Shown one piece after another: positions 26,508 to 35,513 of a stretch of 64,000 nucleotides of DNA. The position numbers and the translations under genes are program-made. Under the pieces are notes generated by a model. The model ran no database searches, was not told the origin of the DNA, and was given only the letters and a program-made list of their open reading frames with translations. The DNA lies in assembly GCA_035636095.1 (NCBI GenBank), contig DASPZU010000066.1, positions 16,545 through 80,544 of the forward strand. The letters run 5' to 3'. This stretch comes from Thermoanaerobaculia bacterium (GTDB taxonomy: Bacteria > Acidobacteriota > Thermoanaerobaculia > Gp7-AA8). Each line of letters opens with the position of its first letter. The first letter of the stretch is position 1.

Positions 26508-26879
26508 CTAACTGATGTCGATCCGGTTGCCGGTCATCTCGAAGTAGAACCGGCTCAGCTCTTCGTCGGAGAAACTGTCCCAGCCGCGGCACATGTCCAT
26601 GGCGTCCTGCTGCACGTCGCACGCGATCCGCTTATCGCGCACTTCCTGCCGGGCGAGTTGCCACCGGTCGGCGATCTCCTCGAGCTCAGCCCTTGTCATC
26701 CTCGGGCGGCGACGCACAATCCAGTTGTAGCGTTCCCGCAGCTCGGCGTCGGTGAAGCGCGCGAAGCCGCGACAGAAGACTCCCTGGCGCGTCGCGACCG
26801 TGCACGCTGATATGTCCTGGCTGCCAATCCGCTGCAGCATTTCGCTGCGCAGCATCCGAATCGCTTCATTTCTATCCAT
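26508..26879 (-). CDS. hypothetical protein with internal Cys-containing duplication
   Basis: 'ACTVATRQGVFCRGFARFTDAELRERY' and 'ACDVQQDAMDMCRGWDSFSDEELSRFY' are two copies of one module. Confidence 0.5.
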   Translation of the reverse strand: MDRNEAIRMLRSEMLQRIGSQDISACTVATRQGVFCRGFARFTDAELRERYNWIVRRRPRMTRAELEEIADRWQLARQEVRDKRIACDVQQDAMDMCRGWDSFSDEELSRFYFEMTGNRIDIS

Positions 26880-26958
26880 GCATACAACATCGCATCCAGC
26901 TTCGTCGTGGTCACCACCCGCCAGGGTGGGCTGTCGCTCGCGGAAGGGTGAGACGCCG

Positions 26959-27696
26959 CTAGCGCGTGAGCGCTGCTTCGGGCACGGCCACGTCGAGAAT
27001 CATGATCTTCTGCCAGATTTTGTTGGACAGGCTGGCCGCCAGAGTCTCGATGTCGTTCACTGCATCGAGGACCACTTCGTCGTTGAGGTATTGCACGTGC
27101 AGAGCGGCCAGCTTGCTGCTCAGCGACAACAGCTCGGAGCAGTAGTCGAGATAGCGCGCCAGCTCGAAGCGCGTGAAGCTGCGCCGCGGCGACGATTCCG
27201 TCGGCATCGGCGGGCCGAGCACATGCTCGGGGTCTTTGCTCAACTGATGCATGTCGACGATGTGGACGATGCTCCGCAGATGATGCAGCGCGCGCAGCGC
27301 GGTGCGGCGCTTGACGCGATTCTCGAGTGTGAAGAAAAAGAAAATCGCCGCGGCGAACAGAATGATGTCATTGAGGGCCGACTCGCTCAACTGGAGAACA
27401 TCGAGGATGGTCTGGACCCGCAACGACACTCGGAACGCCACCAGCAGTAGCGCGATCGTGATTCCGACGATGCCTGCGACCCCCAGGATTGCTCCGGCGC
27501 GAAGGACCCAGATCGGACGCCGCAGCCGCTCGATCACGCCCTCGGATTCTTTGGCCAGACGGAAAAGTTCGGTGCTGACGCGGCTCAGTCCCGATCCCGG
27601 AAACCGCTCGCCGATGCGGCGCTCCAGCGTCGCGATCGTCTCCTCGATGCGCTCGATCTGCAGTTCGCTGTACAAGAGAGCGAGAATATACGTCAC
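26959..27696 (-). CDS. hypothetical membrane protein
   Basis: Two or three TM helices ('ILGVAGIVGITIALLLVAF', 'IILFAAAIFFFFTL'). The longest ORF reaches 27813 but would overlap the DUF1272 gene head-to-head, so GTG 27696 is chosen. The start is uncertain. Confidence 0.45.
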   Translation of the reverse strand: MTYILALLYSELQIERIEETIATLERRIGERFPGSGLSRVSTELFRLAKESEGVIERLRRPIWVLRAGAILGVAGIVGITIALLLVAFRVSLRVQTILDVLQLSESALNDIILFAAAIFFFFTLENRVKRRTALRALHHLRSIVHIVDMHQLSKDPEHVLGPPMPTESSPRRSFTRFELARYLDYCSELLSLSSKLAALHVQYLNDEVVLDAVNDIETLAASLSNKIWQKIMILDVAVPEAALTR

Positions 27697-27891
27697 ATGG
27701 CTCTCGAGATGCGGCCTTCCTGCGAAACGTGCTCCATCGCGCTGACGGTGGAGAGCGAGGCCTTCATCTGTTCTTACGAATGCACCTACTGCAGTCCCTG
27801 CGCGCATCGGCACGAGCGGATCTGTCCCAACTGCGCGGGTGAGCTGGTCCGCCGCCCGCGCCGTCAGGTCGCATTGGGGTCAGGTCTTTGA
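27697..27891 (+). CDS. DUF1272 domain-containing protein
   Basis: 'MALEMRPSCETCSIAL..FICSYECTYCSPCA..ICPNCAGELVRRPRR' shows the Cys pattern typical of DUF1272. The last 5 codons and the stop lie inside the repeat element. Confidence 0.7.
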   Translation: MALEMRPSCETCSIALTVESEAFICSYECTYCSPCAHRHERICPNCAGELVRRPRRQVALGSGL

Positions 27892-28100
27892 TTCTCGCTT
27901 CATTCTTCAAAGAGTAGAGACTGAAGAGTCAAAGAAGGCCATTCAATCACTTCCTAGCGGGCGACAGCTTTGCGCCGTCCGACAACCATCGTTTTTCGCC
28001 GGAACGCGAAAAACACGCCCCTGCGCCGCGTCGACGCGCGTACGTCGATCTTCTACCTGTAGAACCGAGCGAGAATCAAAGATCTGACCCCATTCCGGCG
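27876..28100. mobile_element. MITE-like element, copy 1 (225 bp, 23-nt terminal inverted repeats)
   Basis: GGGGTCAGGTCTTTGATTCTCGC (27876-27898) matches the reverse complement of 28078-28100 at 22 of 23 positions. The same termini recur at 42580 and 42778. Confidence 0.55.
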
Positions 28101-28105
28101 ACCGG

Positions 28106-31100
28106 TCAGTGATCCGTCACTTTTTGCAAGCTGCGAGCGTAGCGACGCGTATAGACGCCTGCGGATGGACCCTGGATCATGTCGGTGAGCGCTTCCGCCG
28201 GCAGCGGTCTGCTCAACAGGTATCCCTGGAACTCATAGCAGCCGTGCTCTCGAAGGAAGTTGAGCTGCTCATCGGTTTCTACGCCTTCCGCGATGACGCG
28301 AATGTTCATGGCCTTGGCCATCGCGATCACGGCCACGACGATGGCGGCGTCGCTTCCGCCGCGTGTGATGTCTGCAACGAAGGACTGATCGATCTTGACG
28401 GCATCGATCGGGAAGCGCTTCAGGTAATTGAGCGACGAGTGTCCGACCCCGAAGTCATCGATGGCGATGCTGATGCCGAGGTTCTTGAGGTCGAGGAGAA
28501 TGTCGGCGGTCAACGCCGGATTTTGCATGGCCGTGGTTTCGGTGATCTCGATTTCAAGGCTGTGCGGATCCAGTTCGGTGCGGTCGAGCGTACTGCGAAT
28601 CAGCGATACGAGATTCGCCTGCTGGAATTGACGCGGTGAAACATTCACTGCGATTTTCAGAGCGGATCCCGATTGGTGCCACTTGCGGCCCTGACGGCAG
28701 GCCGCTTCCAGCGCCCACTCGCCGATCGGCAGAATCAACTGCGTTTCTTCGGCCACGGCAATGAACTCGCCGGGACGGAGCAGACTCTTTCCGGGCCGGT
28801 TCCAGCGCAACAGCGCTTCCATTCCGATCACTTTCTGATTGCGGATGTCGAGCTGGGGCTGGTAGTGCAGCACAAACTCCTGCTGTTCCAACGCCTGATG
28901 CAATGCACTTTCGAGCGAGAGGCGATCGGCAGCCCTCTTCATCAGGAAGGGTGAGCAAAGCTGATACGTGTTTCGCCCGGCCTCTTTTGCCGCGAACAGG
29001 GCATGGGTGCCGTTTTGCAGCAGAGTCTCTGCGTCTTCGCCATCCTGGGGATAGAAGGAGATCCCGATGCTGGCGGTGATGTTGACTTCGTTGCCACTGA
29101 CGGTGATGGGACGGGCGATGGTCTGAAGAATTTTTCGCGCGACTGTCGTGACGTCGGTGACGTTATGCGGCTTCATCAGCAGGAGCGTGAATTCATCACC
29201 GCCGACGCGGGCCACCGAGTCTTCCTGGCGCACCGAGGAGGTCAGTCGCGCGGAGACAATTTCCAGCACCCCGTCTCCGACAGTGCGGCCTAACGTTTCA
29301 TTGACAGCGTTGAGATGATCGAGGTCGACCGATAGCACGGCCACCTGATTGGCATGACGTCGTGCATAGTGGAGTGCGATGGCCAGGCGGTCTTTGAACA
29401 ACGCCCTGTTAGGCAGTCCGGTTTGAATATCGTGATGGGCCTGATACCGAATCTGGTCCTCGGCCCGCTTCCGCTCGGTGATGTCGACGAGGGTGGCCTC
29501 GGTGATCGGTGTGCCTCGACTATCGCTGACCAGGCTGATGTTCATGAGAACCCAGATCTGCGTGCCATCGGCGCGGCGCAGTGACGTTTCGAAGTTGCTC
29601 AACGATCGCTGATCGCGCAAACGCGTGAACATGGTCTGCCGGTCGGCGTCGCTCCAATACAAATCCGATATGCCGTGACCCATGAAGTCGGCTCGCGACG
29701 GAAAGCCGAGGAGCTTCACGCAAGCTTCATTGCAATCGAGAATTTCTCCATCGACAGTGGCGCGATATTCGCCGGCCAGGTTGCGATCGAACAGCAGCTT
29801 GAATCGCTCCGCCGACGCGCGGACGAGGTTCACGCGCGAGCGATGCGCGCCGCCTGCTACGCCGATCAATGCCACGATCGAGGCCGTCAGGAACCACGGC
29901 GTCTGATAGAAGAACGCCCGCTGTTCGAAGGCGGTTGTGGCGTTGTTCCAGGGGCCGTCATCGGTTGCGGCCCGGACGTGGAATCGATACGTGCCCGGTC
30001 GCAGGTTGGTGTAGGAGGCCACCCGCTGCGCGCCGGCATCGATCCACAACTTGTCGAATCCTTCCAGCTTGTACTGATAGTGCACCTTGCCGGGCGACGC
30101 GAAATTGATTCCGGCATAGCGGAACTCGAGCGTCTTCGTCCCGGGAGCAAGCGGTTGCCGGTTGTTGCGATCCAATCGTCGATGATCGGCGAAGACCCCT
30201 TCGATCATGACCGGCGGAGCGGTCGCGATCCGCATCGAGCTCGGGTCCACCATGGCCACGCCCTTGACGGTCGCGAACCACATCTTGCCGTCCGCTGTCT
30301 TCCACGCCACCGGCTGCGTGCCGCCGTTGCATTCGCGGCTCTTCATGCCGTCTGCTTTTCCGTAGGCCACCGAGGTCACCTTGGGCTGGAGTCGCTCGGC
30401 GACGGCATCGAGCTGCTGCCGCGCTACGCGGAAAATCCCCTTGTTGCAGCTGATCCAGAAAAATCCGTTGTCATCTTCCTGGATGGTGAAGATGCTGTCA
30501 TCGAAGAGTCCTTCGCGAGTCGTGATGGTCGCCCAGCGGCCGCCTTTGTATCGACTGATTCCTCCGCCCGCTGTTCCGACCCAGACCGCGCCGGAATTGT
30601 CCTGATATAGAGAGAGGACGAAATCGCTGCCGAGAGCATTGCGAGTGGTGTAGGAAGTCACGCTCGCGCCGCTGATTTTGTTGAGGCCTCCGTCCTGAGT
30701 GCCGACCCACAGCGCGCCGCTGCGGTCCTCGAGCATCGCTCCGACGATCTCACCGGAAAGCCGGAAGCTATCGGGCGCCAGGTTGCCGTTGACGATGTGT
30801 TGCAGTCCGCGATTGGTACCAACCCAGACCGAGCCGGCGCGGTCTTCATACACCGACAACACGAAATTGCTTCGCAGGCCGTTGTTCGCGTTGTACGTGG
30901 TGGTGCGACCCTGGAAGACGCGATTCAGTCCGCTATCGACAGTCCCGATCCATAGGCTGCCGTCGCGTCCGCCCCATGAGGAGAGAATCAGATTGCTCGA
31001 CAGGCCGGAGGTCTCTTTCGAGATGATGCGACTGCCGTCGAGAGTCTGCAGGCCACGTCCTGTACCGATCCACAATGTTCCGGCGGCATCGGTGTTCACG

Positions 31101-32128
31101 GTTCTAACATTGTCGGCGAGTAAGCCCTGCACCGTCGTGTATGTGAGCACCTTGGCCTCGGCGATCCGTGTTAGACCGGCAGCCGATCCGACCCATAGAT
31201 TGCCTTCACGATCTTCGAGGAACGAGGACACTGCTTTGTTGCCGATTCCGACAGACTGCAAATCAAATTCGAACTGGTCGTTGCGGAAACGTCCGATCCC
31301 TTTGTCGAGCGTGCCGATCCAGATCGTGCCGCGGCGATCCTCATAGATGGCTTTCGGACTCTTCGATACCAATCCGTCGCTCGCGGTGTACGTCCGGAAT
31401 TTTCCGGATCGATAACGCAGCAGGCCGCCTCCGAGGGTGCCGATCCAGACACTGCCGTCTCCGGAAGCGCAAAGCGACAGGATGTGCTCCGTCGGAAATC
31501 CGTCGCGGTCATGCCGGAAGAGGCGACCATCCTTATATGTCGCGACTCCGTGGGTCGTACCGATCCACAGTTGCCCCGACCAATCCTCGGTCAGGGTGGT
31601 GACCCTCGAATGCGGAAGCTGATCGACGCTGCCGACCGGAACAATCCGTCCGTCGGTCTGCCGGCGAGCGAGACCTTCCTGCGTCCCGATCCAGATCGTG
31701 CCATCACTCGATTGATACAGCGCCGTGACGACGTTGCTCGGCAATCCATCGGTGGTGCTGAAGGAGCGAACGCGATCGCCGTCGATTTGAACCAGACCTC
31801 CGCCGGTGGTGGCAGCGTAAAGAGTTCCATCGCGTGCCGGCAGCAACGCGACGGTGAAGTTGTTTCGGATGGCGGCGTTCGCGGCTTTGTCGTACACCAC
31901 GAAGTTCGAGCCGTCGAAGCGAACGAAACCTTCTTCGGTGGCCGCCCACACGTAACCGTCCGGTGTCTGTGTGACAGCGTAGACAGTTCCCTGCGGCAAA
32001 CCCTGATCGACGCCCCACGTTTGAACGATGTCCTGATCTAACGAAAGGTGCTGATCGAGGCAAAATGAGTCGCGGGGACATGCCGCGAGGATCAGAACGG
32101 AAACGATCCAACGTGATGCGAATCTCAT
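28106..32128 (-). CDS. sensor diguanylate cyclase/phosphodiesterase (beta-propeller Reg_prop repeats + Y_Y_Y + PAS + GGDEF + EAL)
   Basis: Many 'G.LW(I/V)GT..GL' propeller repeats, a TM helix, a PAS domain, 'RVGGDEF' (GGDEF) and 'EALLRW..' through 'QGYLLSRP' (EAL). ATG 32128 (signal peptide MRFASRWIVSVLILAAC) is preferred over TTG 32176. Confidence 0.85.
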   Translation of the reverse strand: MRFASRWIVSVLILAACPRDSFCLDQHLSLDQDIVQTWGVDQGLPQGTVYAVTQTPDGYVWAATEEGFVRFDGSNFVVYDKAANAAIRNNFTVALLPARDGTLYAATTGGGLVQIDGDRVRSFSTTDGLPSNVVTALYQSSDGTIWIGTQEGLARRQTDGRIVPVGSVDQLPHSRVTTLTEDWSGQLWIGTTHGVATYKDGRLFRHDRDGFPTEHILSLCASGDGSVWIGTLGGGLLRYRSGKFRTYTASDGLVSKSPKAIYEDRRGTIWIGTLDKGIGRFRNDQFEFDLQSVGIGNKAVSSFLEDREGNLWVGSAAGLTRIAEAKVLTYTTVQGLLADNVRTVNTDAAGTLWIGTGRGLQTLDGSRIISKETSGLSSNLILSSWGGRDGSLWIGTVDSGLNRVFQGRTTTYNANNGLRSNFVLSVYEDRAGSVWVGTNRGLQHIVNGNLAPDSFRLSGEIVGAMLEDRSGALWVGTQDGGLNKISGASVTSYTTRNALGSDFVLSLYQDNSGAVWVGTAGGGISRYKGGRWATITTREGLFDDSIFTIQEDDNGFFWISCNKGIFRVARQQLDAVAERLQPKVTSVAYGKADGMKSRECNGGTQPVAWKTADGKMWFATVKGVAMVDPSSMRIATAPPVMIEGVFADHRRLDRNNRQPLAPGTKTLEFRYAGINFASPGKVHYQYKLEGFDKLWIDAGAQRVASYTNLRPGTYRFHVRAATDDGPWNNATTAFEQRAFFYQTPWFLTASIVALIGVAGGAHRSRVNLVRASAERFKLLFDRNLAGEYRATVDGEILDCNEACVKLLGFPSRADFMGHGISDLYWSDADRQTMFTRLRDQRSLSNFETSLRRADGTQIWVLMNISLVSDSRGTPITEATLVDITERKRAEDQIRYQAHHDIQTGLPNRALFKDRLAIALHYARRHANQVAVLSVDLDHLNAVNETLGRTVGDGVLEIVSARLTSSVRQEDSVARVGGDEFTLLLMKPHNVTDVTTVARKILQTIARPITVSGNEVNITASIGISFYPQDGEDAETLLQNGTHALFAAKEAGRNTYQLCSPFLMKRAADRLSLESALHQALEQQEFVLHYQPQLDIRNQKVIGMEALLRWNRPGKSLLRPGEFIAVAEETQLILPIGEWALEAACRQGRKWHQSGSALKIAVNVSPRQFQQANLVSLIRSTLDRTELDPHSLEIEITETTAMQNPALTADILLDLKNLGISIAIDDFGVGHSSLNYLKRFPIDAVKIDQSFVADITRGGSDAAIVVAVIAMAKAMNIRVIAEGVETDEQLNFLREHGCYEFQGYLLSRPLPAEALTDMIQGPSAGVYTRRYARSLQKVTDH

Positions 32129-32221
32129 TGCTGATGGGAGGTTCACGATATTACTCGCGCTTCGCACGGCCGTCAATCAGTAAATGCATTAACGCATTAG
32201 TGCGTGAAGCAACTGAATTTG

Positions 32222-32245
32222 GTCACAACAAAAGTCACAACAAAA
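32222..32245 (+). repeat. perfect tandem 12-mer (GTCACAACAAAA x2)
   Basis: Read directly from the sequence at 32222-32233 and 32234-32245, just upstream of the predicted -35. Confidence 0.8.
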
Positions 32246-32249
32246 CGAA

Positions 32250-32278
32250 TTGCATTTCGCGTTAGGCGCGCGTACAAT
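32250..32278 (+). promoter_or_regulatory. sigma70-like promoter for S8 peptidase
   Basis: TTGCAT (32250-32255), a 17-nt spacer, then TACAAT (32273-32278). The ATG lies 13 nt downstream, so the leader is very short or absent. Confidence 0.4.
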
Positions 32279-32290
32279 GACAACCCTTCC

Positions 32291-33958
32291 ATGAAATGTA
32301 TAGCGTTGCTCGCCGGGCTTAGCCTGGCGGCCATCAGTGCCCTCGGTGGCGATGGGACTATCCGTAGAAGTGCGCAGAAAATCACCGGCCAGTACGTCGT
32401 AGTGCTCGACTCGAGCGCAAATGTGACGTACGTCACAAATCACGCCAAGAGCTATAAAGGCGCCAAAATCCACCACACGTATGGAAAAGGAATCAAAGGC
32501 TTCGCAATCGAGATGAACGATGCCGACGCGCAGGACCTCTCGCGCGATCCCAATGTTCTGTTCGTGGAAGAAGACTCGATTGTCTCGGCGTCCGAAACCT
32601 GGGGACTCGATCGAATCGATCAGCACTTTCTCCCGCTCAACGGTAGTTACGTCTACAGCGAAACCGGAGCTGGTGTCGCAGTCTACGTCGTCGACACCGG
32701 CATTCTGGGCGGACATTCGGATTTCAATGGCAGAGTGGCAGCAGGGTTCAACGCCTTCGCCGACGGCCGCGACGCGTCCGACTGCAACGGTCACGGCACG
32801 CACGTGGCGGGGTTGGTAGGCGGAACAACCTACGGCGTCGCGAAATCGGTAAACCTCGTTCCAGTGCGTGTTCTCGGTTGCGACGGATCCGGCAGCGTGT
32901 CGACGGTGCTGGCCGGTCTCGATTGGGTGCTCGCCGATCATCAGCAGTCGTGGCGCCCTGGCGTCGTGAACATGAGCCTGACCGGGCCGAGCTCGGCGGC
33001 GCTCGATAGCGAAGTCAACCAGGTGCTTGCGGGCGGCCTAACAACCGTCGTCGCTGCAGGAAACAGCAATGCTGACGCCTGCAACTTCTCGCCGGCGCGA
33101 GTGCCGGGCGCGCTGACGGTCGGCGCAACCACCTCGAATGATCAACGAGCCGGTTTCTCGAACAGCGGCGCATGCGTCGATCTCTTCGCGCCGGGCGTGA
33201 ACGTCCTCTCCGATTGGTACACCAGCACAACAGCCACTGCTGTTTCGAGCGGTACTTCTTCGTCAGCGCCGTTCGTTACGGGCGTCGCCGCTCTGTGTCT
33301 TGAAAAGTTCCCGACCGCTTCACCGAGCGCCGTATCGCAGACCATTGTCGCGGAAGCCACCAGCGGCGTGATCAGCGGAATCGTCGACGCTGCTCCGAAT
33401 CTGCTTGTCTTTTCGCTCCTCGACACGTTGCACGATGGCGTCAATGCAACGTCAGGCGATTCGCAACTTCTTGCTGACCCAGGCTTCGACTATGGCCAGA
33501 CCTTCTGGACGTCCGGCATTTGCAGCGGCGGGGATCCAACAGGTTGCTCGCCTGACGGCGGAGACATCATTCCGGCGAGCGTCGCGGCGCGCAGCGGAAA
33601 CGCGCATGCGTCCCTCGGCGGACCTTGGCCCAATTCGCAGATCACTTCTGAACTTGTGACGGTGCCCGGGGCGGCTCGTTCTGTCCAACTCAGCTTCTAT
33701 CTGTGGGTGGTGGCAAAAGGAAAGAGCCGTACTGCCGACGACATCCTCAAAGTACAGATACGCGACAGTGCCGGCAATGTGCTTGAAACATTGGGAACAT
33801 TCAGCAACCTCGACGATTGTCCGACTTATATTCGCCGCAACTTCGATGCGTCCCAATACCGGGGCCGAACGATCAGGATCTCGTTTGCCGCGACGGAAAG
33901 CCACGGCCAACCGACGTGGTTCTTCCTTGACGATGTCGGCTTGATCGTCAAGCGCTAG
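32291..33958 (+). CDS. S8 family serine peptidase with N-terminal I9-like propeptide and C-terminal extension
   Basis: Signal peptide 'MKCIALLAGLSLAAISALG' and catalytic motifs 'VYVVDTGI' (Asp), 'HGTHVAG' (His) and 'SGTSSSAPFVTG' (Ser). Confidence 0.85.
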   Translation: MKCIALLAGLSLAAISALGGDGTIRRSAQKITGQYVVVLDSSANVTYVTNHAKSYKGAKIHHTYGKGIKGFAIEMNDADAQDLSRDPNVLFVEEDSIVSASETWGLDRIDQHFLPLNGSYVYSETGAGVAVYVVDTGILGGHSDFNGRVAAGFNAFADGRDASDCNGHGTHVAGLVGGTTYGVAKSVNLVPVRVLGCDGSGSVSTVLAGLDWVLADHQQSWRPGVVNMSLTGPSSAALDSEVNQVLAGGLTTVVAAGNSNADACNFSPARVPGALTVGATTSNDQRAGFSNSGACVDLFAPGVNVLSDWYTSTTATAVSSGTSSSAPFVTGVAALCLEKFPTASPSAVSQTIVAEATSGVISGIVDAAPNLLVFSLLDTLHDGVNATSGDSQLLADPGFDYGQTFWTSGICSGGDPTGCSPDGGDIIPASVAARSGNAHASLGGPWPNSQITSELVTVPGAARSVQLSFYLWVVAKGKSRTADDILKVQIRDSAGNVLETLGTFSNLDDCPTYIRRNFDASQYRGRTIRISFAATESHGQPTWFFLDDVGLIVKR

Positions 33959-35383
33959 TCACTGTACCGGCGATGCCAGCCTGGCCGCGCGGACCGCGAA
34001 GCGGAATGCAAACGATCGTGCGCGCAGATCGGCCGCGGTGATCCGTTCCGCGTTTGCGAAATCAGCCTCGAGCATGGCACTTACTTGCGATGCAAGCGGG
34101 CCGTCACTGACTCCCATTGTGATCTCGAAGTTGAGGCGGAAAGAGCGGTTGTCGAAGTTTGCAGTGCCGATCGTGCAGTATTGATCGTCGATCAGCGTCA
34201 CCTTCTGATGCATGAATCCGCTGCGGAATTGATAAAACTTCACGCCGACCTGTTCCAGCGCGTCCAAATAGGACCAGATGGAGAGGCCGACCAGCACATT
34301 GTCGGAATTCTTCGGAACGAGCACGCGCACCTCGACACCCCGAAGCGCGGCAAGCTGCACCGCTGTGATGAACTGCTCGTCGGGGACGAAATAAGGACTG
34401 GCGATCCAAAGCCGTGAGGTTGCGGCGTTGATCGCGGCGACGAAAAACAACGTGCATGTCTCCAGCGCGTCAGCAGGCCCGCTGGGAAGAGCGAGCACAT
34501 GGCGGCGTGCGCCGCTGGGCGCGGCTCGAGGATCCCAATTGAGCTGCAAGAGCTCGTCGGCCGCCCAATGCCAGTCTTCCAGAAATGCAACCTGCACCGC
34601 CTGCACCACCGGGCCTTGGACATGGAGGTGGGTGTCGCGCCAGGAGCCGATCTTCGAATCGCGTCCGAGGTATTCGTCGCCGACGTTTAGACCACCGACC
34701 CAGGCATCACGGCCGTCGACAACCACGATCTTCCTGTGGTTCCGGAAGTTGATTTGAAACCGGTTTGCGCGCCCGCCCACGGTATGAAACGAACGGACGT
34801 GGATGCCGGCGTCGCGCAGGCGTGTCAGGAAGCGCTTCGACAGATCGTGGCTGCCGATTTCGTCGTATAGAAAATAAACGCGCACTCCGGCGCGCGCGCG
34901 TTCGATGAGACGCTCCTGCAACTGACGTCCGATCTGGTCGTCACGAAAGATGTAGAACTGCACCAACAGGTAATCGCGGGCGCGCTCGATGCCCGAAAAG
35001 ATCGAGGCGAAGGTGGCCTCGCCATCGATGAGCAACTCGGCATCGTTGCCGGTGGTAAACGGAAGCTTGGCTAGCCGCTCGAAAGGCAACTCGCGCGCAT
35101 GCTCCGTGCGCACGAGCAGGCCTCGCTCAACGAGTGCCTGATGGACCTGTTTCGCGATCGGGCTCGCTTCCGAGATCGCGCTGCGCCGCTCGATGACGTA
35201 GCCTTCAAATTTTCGCTTTCCGAAAATCCAGAACAGCGGCAGGGCAATGTATGGGAAGGCGATCAGAGCGATCGCCCACGCGATCGCGCCCTGCGGCGTT
35301 CGCGCGTCCATGACGGCGCGAATGGCACTCAAGATGCCGAGAAGCTGTATGAGGGCGATGAGCCACGGCAGCACGATCCCCAT
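33959..35383 (-). CDS. cls: cardiolipin synthase
   Basis: Two N-terminal TM helices and two HKD motifs ('NHRKIVVVDG..GGLNVGDEY' and 'MHQKVTLIDD..GTANFDNRS'). Confidence 0.85.
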   Translation of the reverse strand: MGIVLPWLIALIQLLGILSAIRAVMDARTPQGAIAWAIALIAFPYIALPLFWIFGKRKFEGYVIERRSAISEASPIAKQVHQALVERGLLVRTEHARELPFERLAKLPFTTGNDAELLIDGEATFASIFSGIERARDYLLVQFYIFRDDQIGRQLQERLIERARAGVRVYFLYDEIGSHDLSKRFLTRLRDAGIHVRSFHTVGGRANRFQINFRNHRKIVVVDGRDAWVGGLNVGDEYLGRDSKIGSWRDTHLHVQGPVVQAVQVAFLEDWHWAADELLQLNWDPRAAPSGARRHVLALPSGPADALETCTLFFVAAINAATSRLWIASPYFVPDEQFITAVQLAALRGVEVRVLVPKNSDNVLVGLSIWSYLDALEQVGVKFYQFRSGFMHQKVTLIDDQYCTIGTANFDNRSFRLNFEITMGVSDGPLASQVSAMLEADFANAERITAADLRARSFAFRFAVRAARLASPVQ

Positions 35384-35513
35384 AGTAGCCCCCGAGTCGC
35401 GTCTTACGCATTACAGCGACGCGATTAATAATGCGGTGAACCACAGTGTCATTGTTCTTATGACAGTACGTTCAATGGCCGTCCGCCAACGACTATAGCC
35501 TTACAGTGTATAG

